From: an uncultured virus (IMG/VR IMGVR_UViG_3300004151_000009)
Lineage: Duplodnaviria > Heunggongvirae > Uroviricota > Caudoviricetes
DNA length: 64,000 nt
Direction: 5' to 3' (one strand)
Virus record (IMG/VR): IMGVR_UViG_3300004151_000009
The notes under the pieces are model-generated. The model saw only the letters and a list, made by a program, of their open reading frames with translations. It was not told the origin of the DNA and made no database searches. Both the position numbers and the translations under genes were made by a program. Of this stretch, positions 39,201-47,786 are shown in pieces. How positions within the stretch are numbered: position 1 is the stretch's first letter; every line of letters starts with the position of its first letter.

Positions 39201-42200
39201 GTGCTGCGCCCATCATGTGTAGAGTATCCCCCATTATAGAGGGATGTATTGGAACTACCCCTCCCCAGGAGGCCAGCTATATCGAAACTACCACCACCAG
39301 AACTAGCACCACCTGACGAGGTGGAAGGACTCATGAGAGATGTAAGGCCACTCTTAACCCAATTAGCTATGATCTGCTGCACGGCAGAAGCAAAAGAGTC
39401 CAGCATGGAAGCCAAGAAACTCTTCCACAGGTCTTCCAGGTTGGCAGTGCCCGCCCCAAACCCGCGAATCAAATCACCAATCCCAGAAGTCACATTGCTA
39501 GAGACATCCTGTGTCAGCCCGATCATGATGTCGGCTGTAGCTACGGCCTCTTCCCGCTTCCGCGTCTCGTAGGACTTGTAGGTATCAAACTCCAAAGACC
39601 AACGGGCACCAGCAGCAGCATCCGGGGAGCCGCGTTTAACTGTGTCCTCAAGACCCTGGCGTAAGGTATCTTCCTTCCCAAGTTGGGCAAAGGCTTTGAG
39701 TTCAGCGTTTCCAGCCCGCTCTGCTTCGGCAATCATCTTGTCATACGCATCAAGGCGGGAAGACAACATCTGCTTAGAGTTATCTTCAAAGTCTTTCAGG
39801 ATAGAATCCCAAACGTCCTGTTCACCCTTCCCGCCCGCCTTGGTGAGTTCATCCATCTTGGCGTTGCTGGCAGCCAACTTTTCGGGGAGGGTGGTCGCAA
39901 CCTCTTGCAGTTCTTGCAACCGCTTGAGGGTGTTTTCTGAAGTCAACTGCAAAATCTTGTTCTTAAACAGTTCTGTCTGTTCCGCAGACCACCCCAAAGC
40001 CTTGGCAGCCGCATCCAGATTGTCCGTCATGGCCTGAAGGTCTTCAGCCTCTTTAGCCGAAGGGAACATGCCTTCAAACACGTTCTTATACACAGCGATA
40101 GACTTGATACCCTTCTCGTAGGTATTCCAGTATTTCGCTATTTCGGTATCCTGCCCCTTGATACTGTGGCTCTCTATCTCGCGCTCTTGCTGATTAAATG
40201 TCTTCTCGATCTTAGCCATCTGGGACGCAATGTCATTACCAGACAGAGATTCCTGCAACACCATAGCGTTGTCACGGATTTTTTCTGTCAACTTCTCGTA
40301 AGCATTCTCTTGAAGAGCCGCTGTCTTTGCGCCAGCCTCACCTTTTTTATTGGCGCGGTCCTGCGCCTCAGCTATGTTTTTAAGGGCACCCTCCCTCTCA
40401 GCGTACATAACTTGCACGCCGGTCCAATAGGCTTGTTCATTAACCATCCCCTTTTGAGCACGAGCATCAAGTGCTGCAAGTTTTTCACCAAACTTCAGCA
40501 CGGCAGCGTCCGCCTGACTGATATCCCCATAACGAGGCAACTTGCTCAAGTCTATGGAGGCGTCTCCGTACTTGGCCTTATATGCCTTACTTTCAGCAGA
40601 ATGGTCTGCCATGTCCTTAGCGAGGGCCGCTTGAGCCTTCTCGACTTCGGATATGGCTTCCCGCTTGGCGGCTGGAATGTCTTTAACGATCTTTTCCAGG
40701 CGTTTAAGGTCTTCCATTGCCTTGGGATCAGCCTTCCCGCCCCGGCGGGCTTCTTCCTTCGCCATCTCTCTGGCGTTATCCCGCTGAACTTCCAGTTCCT
40801 TTATATAGTTAGGATTGTTCAGGAGTTTTAACTGTGCATCGGCCTCCTGCATCTTCACTTCTGCGGAGTTTTTAGCCAACTTACCTATGGTAGCGATGAG
40901 CAGATTCACCTGACTCATATCAACAGCAGTGTAAATCTGCACCACATACTGCTTTCCGGTCAACTGCGTGATTAGGTTAGATAACTCATTAACCTTGGTA
41001 TTGTTTGTTTCGGTGTTTATGCCTTGGGCAGCCATCATTTGGGCTGTCTTGATCTTATCGATCAAGTCCTCAATGATTTTCTTTCCCGCTTCAGAAGACC
41101 TGAACTGTTCCTGATACTTCTCCAGCCCAGACCCATCCATGTTATTCCCGCGCTGTTTAGCCCCTTGAAGTTCTTCAATGGTCTTCTTCAACTCCAAAGC
41201 GCGTTCCACAGAGTGTTCTATGGTGGACAACTGCTTCTGAGAGTTTTCAATATCCTTGTTAGATGTGAGTAGAGCCTCCCCCAACATGCTAGTCAGCGGA
41301 TTGCCAGAAAGCACACCAGCAGTCAGCCCGAGTATGCTCTGACCTGAGATGTCTGAAAAGTTTGTAACTCCAGTTAAGAGGGCTTTCTTGAGGTCTTTAG
41401 TGCGCTCACTCTTTGAGAGGGTTCCGCTGATACCATCAAGAATGGCGGTGGCTATCTTTGCTCCAACAGACACGAGGTCGGCTAGCGTCTGGTCGTCAGC
41501 AAACTTCATGAAACTGTTTTTCATGCGTTCAAGGTTGGCGGTAGCGGTGTCCGCAGCCTTCTCCCAACCAACCCCAAACTTCTCAAGTTCAGGCACAAAC
41601 TTTCTCAAAAAGTCGATGGAATCCAGATCGCCTGCTTTCATCAACTCTTTGAACTGCGCGACAGTAACCCCCATCGCGTCAGCACCCATTTTCATGGCAC
41701 CGGGGATGCGTTCAGCAAACTGTAATCGAAATTCTTCCGCAGAGACAGTTCCCTTGGAAATCATCTGAGTCAGAGCGGTAAGGGTTCCCCCCACATCGTC
41801 AGAGGAGCCACCCATCTTAACAATGGCAGCGGTGACAGCCTCAAAGATACGTTGAGACTCTTTGGCGGACATCCCCACATAGTCAGTAGCCGCAGAAAAC
41901 TTTCTGTAACCGCCAGCAACAGACTCAATGTCCTTCCCAAACTTATTAGCAGTATCCATGACGTAAGTGAGGTGTTTGGCCCCGGCCTCTGCCGAACCAA
42001 AAACCCCCTCAAAAGACTTGCGTAATACTTCCATCTTGAGGCTGACGCCAATGATAGCCCCAGGCATCTGCATGAGGATGTTTAACAAGGTGTAAGCACC
42101 AGAATAGAGAGCCGTGTTGGTGAATATCTGGCTGATGGATTTGATGCCAGTGATGCTCTTGACGATGTTGTTAAACTTTGTGCCCATGCTGGAGGGATCG

Positions 42201-43564
42201 GCTTCAGCAGCCTTCAACTCCTGACGGAGTTTTCTAAGGGCGGCTATCTGGCCGTTAAGGGCCGCGTTGGCGTCCCCACCACTCAGATCGCGGCGGGACA
42301 GTCTGCCATAAGCGGCCTCAACTTCGGCCATCTCTTTCTTGATAGCAGAAGCAGAGCGCCTACCAATAGTGGCCCAATCATCCAAAGGCTTGACAAGAGC
42401 CTCCCGCATACCCGAGGACGCCTGCTTGGCAGAAGCAGCGACTTTGGACATGTTAGCATCTGCGGCAGCAAAGGCTTTCTGTAACGAGGCTTCTGCCCCG
42501 CCGAACATGGAGTCGTAGACAGACGACGCCCCCACATATCCATGCCCAGGAGCAATGGTCTGCGAGGTGGTTGTCCCGAGATTTTGTGTCTGAATCTGCT
42601 TCAGGCGCTCTTGCAGTTGCTTGGCCTGTAACTCCTGACGAGTGATTAAGGCTTGCGCCTTCCCGCTTGCCTGCTCAATAGCCTTATCCAGATTACCATA
42701 CATGCTCTGGTAAATGGCTTCGCTGGAGATAGTGCCCTGTCCGTGGGGGGCTATGAAATTCGGGCCGGTGGTCAACTCCTTCATAATGCGCTGATTCACC
42801 ATATCACTGCGCGTGACCAACTCCTGCGCCTTGACTGTGACAGCGTTCAAAGCGCGTTCCATCGGTCCCCAGAAGGAATTGTACACAGCGTCCGAAGAGA
42901 CAGACCCCTTACCAGGGGCGATTGTTCCAATCCCCTTACTGGTGAGGTTCTTTGTGCCAGAGAAAGCGTTAGCTATCTCTTGAGATTTGGTGTAAACTTC
43001 AGCAGCCAGCGTGTTGAGTTGGGCGCGAATACCTTCCGTGACTGCCTTTAAGTAGTCACTTTTGTGCTCTCCTCCCCGCTTGTTTTTGCCAACAGCGTCC
43101 AGAGCCTTGTCCAGGTCAGTGATCTGCTTGATGATCCCAGGCATGTTGCCAGTGTTACCAAGGTTCTTGAAAGACCCTTCCAGAGCGCGAACTTGCCCCT
43201 GTAGCTTCTGGACGTTACCAGTGAAATGGTTGGTTGTGGCCCCGAAACGGCTGGTCACTTCCGAGTTGAATCTGCCCAACTGATCGTAGAAAGACTGAAA
43301 CCCACGAAGAGCGTTGAGCCTGTTGGTCTGCCGCTCAAGAGCCTGAATGTCCTGCGTCATCTTCTGAAGAGTGCTGATGAAACCCTTACCCTTACTCCCA
43401 TTCTCCAGAGCGTCCATAGCCCCACTAATCCGCTTCGTGGTGTTAGCAAGCGTTTTGGTAGCCTTCTCGGCCTCCCCGACAGACTTCACATACTGCTGTG
43501 CATCCTGCACAACATTCTGCGTACCTGTGGAAGAGAAGGAAACGGATAATTTGGCTAAATCCAT
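36209..43564 (-). CDS. Tail tape measure protein (2451 aa)
   Basis: Long Ala-rich helical protein; QMISKG.V.AEE...ERIPGA domain; Gly-rich TM block; ATGG...VGEAGPEAIVPL; follows the chaperone pair. Confidence 0.92.
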   Translation of the reverse strand: MDLAKLSVSFSSTGTQNVVQDAQQYVKSVGEAEKATKTLANTTKRISGAMDALENGSKGKGFISTLQKMTQDIQALERQTNRLNALRGFQSFYDQLGRFNSEVTSRFGATTNHFTGNVQKLQGQVRALEGSFKNLGNTGNMPGIIKQITDLDKALDAVGKNKRGGEHKSDYLKAVTEGIRAQLNTLAAEVYTKSQEIANAFSGTKNLTSKGIGTIAPGKGSVSSDAVYNSFWGPMERALNAVTVKAQELVTRSDMVNQRIMKELTTGPNFIAPHGQGTISSEAIYQSMYGNLDKAIEQASGKAQALITRQELQAKQLQERLKQIQTQNLGTTTSQTIAPGHGYVGASSVYDSMFGGAEASLQKAFAAADANMSKVAASAKQASSGMREALVKPLDDWATIGRRSASAIKKEMAEVEAAYGRLSRRDLSGGDANAALNGQIAALRKLRQELKAAEADPSSMGTKFNNIVKSITGIKSISQIFTNTALYSGAYTLLNILMQMPGAIIGVSLKMEVLRKSFEGVFGSAEAGAKHLTYVMDTANKFGKDIESVAGGYRKFSAATDYVGMSAKESQRIFEAVTAAIVKMGGSSDDVGGTLTALTQMISKGTVSAEEFRLQFAERIPGAMKMGADAMGVTVAQFKELMKAGDLDSIDFLRKFVPELEKFGVGWEKAADTATANLERMKNSFMKFADDQTLADLVSVGAKIATAILDGISGTLSKSERTKDLKKALLTGVTNFSDISGQSILGLTAGVLSGNPLTSMLGEALLTSNKDIENSQKQLSTIEHSVERALELKKTIEELQGAKQRGNNMDGSGLEKYQEQFRSSEAGKKIIEDLIDKIKTAQMMAAQGINTETNNTKVNELSNLITQLTGKQYVVQIYTAVDMSQVNLLIATIGKLAKNSAEVKMQEADAQLKLLNNPNYIKELEVQRDNAREMAKEEARRGGKADPKAMEDLKRLEKIVKDIPAAKREAISEVEKAQAALAKDMADHSAESKAYKAKYGDASIDLSKLPRYGDISQADAAVLKFGEKLAALDARAQKGMVNEQAYWTGVQVMYAEREGALKNIAEAQDRANKKGEAGAKTAALQENAYEKLTEKIRDNAMVLQESLSGNDIASQMAKIEKTFNQQEREIESHSIKGQDTEIAKYWNTYEKGIKSIAVYKNVFEGMFPSAKEAEDLQAMTDNLDAAAKALGWSAEQTELFKNKILQLTSENTLKRLQELQEVATTLPEKLAASNAKMDELTKAGGKGEQDVWDSILKDFEDNSKQMLSSRLDAYDKMIAEAERAGNAELKAFAQLGKEDTLRQGLEDTVKRGSPDAAAGARWSLEFDTYKSYETRKREEAVATADIMIGLTQDVSSNVTSGIGDLIRGFGAGTANLEDLWKSFLASMLDSFASAVQQIIANWVKSGLTSLMSPSTSSGGASSGGGSFDIAGLLGRGSSNTSLYNGGYSTHDGRSTLTAGYGGNAFSNGGKSAGSGWNVNGANVMAVAAGAGTAIGGLTSGNAMQSIGGGLMTAGGIISMIPGGQLIGGITMAVGGLVTLFSSMAEEEKKKPPSEVWSGKSLMFSNGSFSGFGVTQMSDGSTQTSGLDPMEMEEERLRFKKTVKDINQSMKVLDIGFNQNWDRNFSFQAMGVPDKLAPMVSYNMKDNAAAQAMGEMSYMVKLFKQGMESLDQTLIRLAKAFGTVSPLVEPLGIDLAKMAGATDAVILSYAAIATGFNAGVGVITEAMQNQADTTDELTDSLRAVGESGAEVVRYFEQYRKQLTNIVLAQYSEQLIDAAGGEDAFQQAMTVFSNYAMGNEARANANVNYYKSQFTSGLTDLGSLLPNFDTDWIGDNTDAFWAAYAAAMNESMPASIFDDWVAIAQNVANLEEAEQALADIEFSNYAWDAELKYRRQIADEQTAGAEMTRWAITMEQELADARKNNATYAQQAALVETQIYEMEAKLRELRGQESDEDDLTSLTKKLKDSVAHQIAALQDLAAEASASATAFEAFGKSLRDAIESITEDTTTPLEKFTKARAEFNTDFSTAMKDFSADAQEAMGNLPELAEKMLESAKKTMSYSDYNVLEARTLSRLGNAATRSELQGEYGGVASDLYTNESDLLTRVQEELQSDSPDSKFVADANALFEKLAKMSDAAKDTAEGDMTEASFKALAKSTYNDLMSSSDLKQLLAGTLNTDNLSQDQARLLLSSVDALESLEKYTGQDVDVSDKMVLKLESIAAGVTDQSQWDALIDQIEVGQEEYISWLELNIAERRKEAERLYALEEEQNAAADQMASYFQAISTYLLKQTNIEALSQSIAGLQSQAASKQQMAMMAMMMGVPMAFMMYMQEYQQIMNQVNSLQNQLNYWMNLVVDLPEYATGGIVYERTLATVGEAGPEAIVPLSGGAIPVRINGMTGGSSEDVVAAIYQMNQDMAELTRKVVDNTAAIAGHTYRTNKAIERSNYAAELTEA

Positions 43565-43574
43565 GAATGTTCCT

Positions 43575-44000
43575 TTACTTTGACTTGGTTTTCGACTTGC
43601 TCTTCAGTCGTTTGGCTGCGTCTCCAAGGAAGACATCATCCAACTTTGTGACTACATCTACTTCCCAAGCGGTTAAAGGGAACTTACGGAGGCGTGTCCA
43701 ACTTTCAATCTCTGTATAGGTTATGGGGGAGGGTCCGAATCCGTTGCTACCCCGCTTCCTGCTCATCTCGAAAAAAGCGACTAGAAGATAATCAAGTTCG
43801 TGCGGGATATCGGCTTCTTCGTCTAAGTCTCTGATTGCGGGGTTGGAGGCTTCAAACAGTAACCTCTCACCCTCTGGCAACCCCTTCATCTGGTCACGAA
43901 CCTGCTCAAGATGCTCACGCATGGTGTTTCCATCTTCCTGGATAACATCATACGTGAGCTTCTGTGCAAGAGCTTCTTCAAGTCGCTCTATTAGTTTCCC
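43575..44000 (-). CDS. Tail assembly chaperone, -1 frame extension (gpGT-like)
   Basis: -1 frame open from the slippery site into ORF 43575-43922 (GFGPSPITYTEI..W...LD). Confidence 0.8.
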   Translation of the reverse strand, partial: GKLIERLEEALAQKLTYDVIQEDGNTMREHLEQVRDQMKGLPEGERLLFEASNPAIRDLDEEADIPHELDYLLVAFFEMSRKRGSNGFGPSPITYTEIESWTRLRKFPLTAWEVDVVTKLDDVFLGDAAKRLKSKSKTKSK

Positions 44001-44377
44001 AGGAAGTTACCCCGATCACCAATAGCCATATCAACCTGCTCCTTCATCCAGGGGTAGGTACGATACACCTTCTTGGCATTGTCCACGGTGAAGGGAACGG
44101 TGACACCATCCTCCTCAACACCCTCCCACGCCATAGTGCAGTGGGCCAGGAGGTCAATGGCCTCATTCTCCAGTTCTTCAGCGCGGGTCTTGAACTTCTT
44201 GTCGTTCAGACGCTTGTTCAGCAGCTTGCGCTGCGCCTTGCGGTACAGGTCGGAGTCCGACCCGGCCACAGTGATGGTGATGCCCAGAGGATCGCCGGTC
44301 ACAGGATGCACAACGTCAACAGTCGTACCAGCGTTAGCCAGAGTCACCACATCCAGGTTCTTCAGATCAAATCCCAT
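43991..44377 (-). CDS. Tail assembly chaperone (gpG-like)
   Basis: HPVTG, GSDS, W.G, YPW..EQVD..RGNF; ends CTG GGA AAC TAA. Confidence 0.82.
   Translation of the reverse strand: MGFDLKNLDVVTLANAGTTVDVVHPVTGDPLGITITVAGSDSDLYRKAQRKLLNKRLNDKKFKTRAEELENEAIDLLAHCTMAWEGVEEDGVTVPFTVDNAKKVYRTYPWMKEQVDMAIGDRGNFLGN
43994..44000 (-). other. Programmed -1 frameshift slippery site G-GGA-AAC
   Basis: XXXYYYZ heptamer directly before the stop; -1 frame reads KLIERLEEAL...GNTMREHL. Confidence 0.85.
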
Positions 44378-44493
44378 TTTCTCTTCTCCCATCAGAATGT
44401 TTTTCCATCGCTTTGTGGATTTCTTGGGGCGGCTGGATGAGCGATGGGTTCCATCCACGGTCTAGAGCCGTTTGCCGCCCCAACTTTTATGAT

Positions 44494-44967
44494 CTACCCC
44501 AGAAATTCTTGGGGGAAACCAGACAGACCAATCGCACGGCCTTCAAGGCGGGGGAGGGCATATTGCCAACCCTCTTCATCCGCTTTGGACACACCCACCC
44601 CACAAAAAACAATGGTCGCTTCAGGATCGCACTCAAGCACCATCAGGGCAGCATACAACGCAGAGCCTCCACCACTCATCAAGGTCTGGTAGGACTCGCT
44701 GCCGGGGGTGGGAAACCAAGACACTTCAGTATACTCTTCAGAGATGCCCTGCTCTGCCCGGATGTGCCTCCAGGCGTCCGAGACGCCACTGTAAGCCACC
44801 CAAATGTCGATGGGCTTGGGGCATGTCATCCCGGCCTCTTCAACGCCTACAAAGGCGTATTCGCCGTCCAGAAACACCATGTCATCCAGGGCTTCGGAGT
44901 TCCCACCGAAGATCACATATTTGTGGGTAACTGGAACCTCAAAAGAGACTGTTTTTGCTTTAGCCAC
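44494..44967 (-). CDS. Hypothetical protein, possibly a degenerate glycosyltransferase-like fold
   Basis: VIFGG, SGGGSALYAA...IVFCGV motifs; GGGAGG RBS. Confidence 0.45.
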   Translation of the reverse strand: MAKAKTVSFEVPVTHKYVIFGGNSEALDDMVFLDGEYAFVGVEEAGMTCPKPIDIWVAYSGVSDAWRHIRAEQGISEEYTEVSWFPTPGSESYQTLMSGGGSALYAALMVLECDPEATIVFCGVGVSKADEEGWQYALPRLEGRAIGLSGFPQEFLG

Positions 44968-45002
44968 TGTATGCCTCCCGCTTTTTCACATTGACTTCAA
45001 AA

Positions 45003-45422
45003 TTAGTTGGGGGTGTACGCCGTGCAGCGGATAAAAACCGGGACGGTGAACCAACCATTCTCATCTTTGTACCCGCCCATAGCCGCAGCAGACTGCACCA
45101 CAATCTCAAAATCCGGGGTGGCTATACGAACACCCCTTTTGAACTCTGCAATAATGTCTTCAGCATCATCGAAAGTGTTGCCATAGCCTTCACCCAACAC
45201 ATCATGAATCAGCACATGGAAGGTAAACGTGATCTTGTTCTGTCCAAGTTCACCTAAAAACTGTTGGGAAGGAGTTCCGAACGAGCAATACACCTCAAAA
45301 TATTTGTTCCCTGTGACCGGGGTGTACTCCTCGTTGTCTACAACAAATGTCCAACTCTTGGTGGTAGCCAGAGTGCCGAACTTGTTGTTCATTGCGGTGT
45401 AGATATCGCTGTAGATGCCCAT
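45003..45422 (-). CDS. Tail terminator-like protein
   Basis: Size, position, N..Y.P, G.G...A..I...F.RG, W..VPV pattern. Confidence 0.65.
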   Translation of the reverse strand: MGIYSDIYTAMNNKFGTLATTKSWTFVVDNEEYTPVTGNKYFEVYCSFGTPSQQFLGELGQNKITFTFHVLIHDVLGEGYGNTFDDAEDIIAEFKRGVRIATPDFEIVVQSAAAMGGYKDENGWFTVPVFIRCTAYTPN

Positions 45423-46030
45423 TACTCAGAGAATCCTTTGCTACCCCGGATCGGGGAGTTAGGCATGGTATCTCCACGGATGCCACGATTCTGCGACAAG
45501 TGCCCGATCTCACCGGCAATAATAGCGTTCAGGATGGACTCCGCATCATTAAGAACCGGGGTGACAACCCCATTGGGGGCTTGGCTTTTAGAGTGCCCTG
45601 TCTCCAGCGCAGCAGCGTACTTGGTATTGTTCTGAATCCTAATTTCCTGCCCAGGCTGTGCCTTCCAGATGGCATCCCGCATACGACGCTTTACCGCTGC
45701 TCTTTCCAACCCGACATTAGTAAAGTGAGTGCGTGCATCTCCGTACTTGGACTTCTTGGTGACAGCCGCTTTGACCGGATTCATCATATGGACTTCGGAT
45801 GTGGGGATGTTACCAATACCGGCCTGCCAGTTGGTAACGAAATGCCCCGTGTCAATCGGGGAGTTGTCCACAACCCGGAAGGCGCACTCCGTAGCAAACA
45901 ACCGGGGAATACGGCTAACGGACTCAATAACAGCATCCACAACTTCGGCTACAGCCTGCGAGACGGGGCCGGTAGCGAAACCTATGGTGCCCCTTTTCCC
46001 GTACCCTTCTTCAACTGCTGGGTGGAACAT
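45422..46030 (-). CDS. Neck/tail completion protein (HK97 gp10-like)
   Basis: SPIDTG.F..NW; N..YA..LE.GHS.SQAP.G. Confidence 0.75.
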   Translation of the reverse strand: MFHPAVEEGYGKRGTIGFATGPVSQAVAEVVDAVIESVSRIPRLFATECAFRVVDNSPIDTGHFVTNWQAGIGNIPTSEVHMMNPVKAAVTKKSKYGDARTHFTNVGLERAAVKRRMRDAIWKAQPGQEIRIQNNTKYAAALETGHSKSQAPNGVVTPVLNDAESILNAIIAGEIGHLSQNRGIRGDTMPNSPIRGSKGFSE

Positions 46031-46395
46031 TACGCGGCCTTCAACTGGAACGTCCAGGTGATGTTAGCAGGATCGTTCTCAATGTGTGTCACTTCGTAAG
46101 TAACTCCATCCGCAATCAGCCTGTCAAAGACCGCAGGGGTCGTACTCAAAGACGACTGCTTGCAAGTAAACACTTTCACAAATTTGGTCTGCGTTCTGTC
46201 TTCCTGTTCCCACACAGTCTCGTTATAAAGCAATCCAACAACAGAAAATGTGCTAGGGGTCGTAGTCACAGGCTTCCCGGTAGCGGGGTTGATACCCCCC
46301 TTGGTGGTGCGGGAGAGCGTAGCAGTGATGGTGAACTCTTTTAGTGTGTCAAAGAGCGTATCCACCGCTTGGGAGACTTTGCCTAGAAGTCCCAT
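46030..46395 (-). CDS. Head closure/stopper protein
   Basis: NPATG, D.....G..Y.V...DPA...W pattern; position. Confidence 0.65.
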   Translation of the reverse strand: MGLLGKVSQAVDTLFDTLKEFTITATLSRTTKGGINPATGKPVTTTPSTFSVVGLLYNETVWEQEDRTQTKFVKVFTCKQSSLSTTPAVFDRLIADGVTYEVTHIENDPANITWTFQLKAA

Positions 46396-46397
46396 GA

Positions 46398-46997
46398 TTA
46401 AAACCCGTAAGCGGTCATACCGCTAGCAAGATAGGGCTTGAGGTAAAATTTGACGATACTGGTAGCACCAAAAGCCGACTTATCAAGAAACTCTTTCGTG
46501 ACCTCCCCCGCTTTCTGGCCGAACTGCACCTGCAACTTGCCAATTCCGACAAAGTTTGTCTGTGCAGAACCTTCCTGCATGGGGTCCAGGGTATTGTAAT
46601 GGTTCTGGATAACCTGAAAGGCAATCTCCACCTGTGCGTGCTTCACACCATCGGGGATGGAGGGCATGGTGTAACTATTCTCTGTAGCATCCGTCTGCAT
46701 GTCTTCCCAGGTGTCGTAAGAGTTCTCATACGCAGCCTTGGTGGCATCCCACCAATCCGTTCTGGGAAGGATACGAGGAAAAGCAAGCACCTGTGCATTG
46801 GTGGCTTTCACCCCGCGAAATCTTAGAGAATCCAAAATCGGGACGGCCAGGGTCAGGTTCCACTCCTTCTGCTCATCAGACAAGGCGTTCCACGCAGTCA
46901 AATCAAAACCCACCCGGTTTTCCAGGTAGGTTTCAGCGTCAGCCAGTGAGATGTACGAATTGGCTTCGGGGTCCGCGATTGTCGTCACTAAGGTCAC
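46398..46997 (-). CDS. Head-tail adaptor (DnaT-like family)
   Basis: ANSYISLADA..Y, Q.LAFPR, IP..VK.AQ.E.A. Confidence 0.75.
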   Translation of the reverse strand: MTLVTTIADPEANSYISLADAETYLENRVGFDLTAWNALSDEQKEWNLTLAVPILDSLRFRGVKATNAQVLAFPRILPRTDWWDATKAAYENSYDTWEDMQTDATENSYTMPSIPDGVKHAQVEIAFQVIQNHYNTLDPMQEGSAQTNFVGIGKLQVQFGQKAGEVTKEFLDKSAFGATSIVKFYLKPYLASGMTAYGF

Positions 46998-47005
46998 AAG
47001 AAAAC

Positions 47006-47056
47006 TCCCTTTTTTATGTTAAGGGGGCCGGTCAGGAGGGAGGGAACCGGCCCCCA
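47006..47056 (-). terminator. Terminator-like hairpin after the capsid genes
   Basis: GGGGGCCGGT...ACCGGCCCCC stem at 47023-47055. Confidence 0.45.
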
Positions 47057-47074
47057 TGTGGAGGGAGGGGAGAG

Positions 47075-47428
47075 TTAAACCACGTCCTGCCAGATCACGA
47101 GCAACTTCTTAGCCGTGGTGACGGCGGTGATCTGAAAGTTTCCAGCCGTGATAGCCAGCCCGGCAAGGGAAACGTCGGCAAGATCGGTAAGATTGATGAT
47201 GTGTTTGATGCTATCACCAACGGACAGGCCAGTAACGGCGATGTTGGTGGCGGTAGCAGCACCAGTGACGGTGGTGAACTTCAGGTCTTGGACAGCGGAA
47301 GTCTCTGTCTGAAGGGCCTCAATAGCCGCCTTCATTTCGGTAAGGATGGACTTCAGCCCACCTGTACCCTGCTCAGAGAGTTTCGAGCCGCCCTGCCCGA
47401 AGTTGGAAGGAATAGCCTGCAAAGCCAT
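47075..47428 (-). CDS. Putative capsid decoration protein with N-terminal coiled segment
   Basis: C-terminal domain paralogous to 47471-47713; follows the major capsid gene. Confidence 0.55.
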   Translation of the reverse strand: MALQAIPSNFGQGGSKLSEQGTGGLKSILTEMKAAIEALQTETSAVQDLKFTTVTGAATATNIAVTGLSVGDSIKHIINLTDLADVSLAGLAITAGNFQITAVTTAKKLLVIWQDVV

Positions 47429-47470
47429 GATCTATCTCCTATGCAAAAGTGCGTTTAACTTCAAAAAGAC

Positions 47471-47713
47471 TTAGCCAGCGGAAGAGTCGATCCACAGAAC
47501 GATCAGGTTCTTGGAGGCGGTGGAGGCAGTCACCTGGAACTTACCAGCGGTGATAGCCAGACCAGCCAGGGACACCGCAGCCGGGGTGGTGATGTCGATG
47601 ACCGACACAACAGTGTCACCAACAGCGAGGCCGGTGCAGGTAATGTCGGTAGCGGCATTAGCACCAGTGCAAAGGGACATCTTGATCTTCTCATGCTCAT
47701 TCTTACAAGACAT
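47471..47713 (-). CDS. Putative capsid decoration protein
   Basis: Small beta protein directly after the major capsid gene. Confidence 0.55.
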   Translation of the reverse strand: MSCKNEHEKIKMSLCTGANAATDITCTGLAVGDTVVSVIDITTPAAVSLAGLAITAGKFQVTASTASKNLIVLWIDSSAG

Positions 47714-47786
47714 GGACGTATCTCCTTATGTGTTTTATGTGAATCGGGGGAGGGGTTTAGCCTCCCCCACAAGTTACGCGGGTTGG

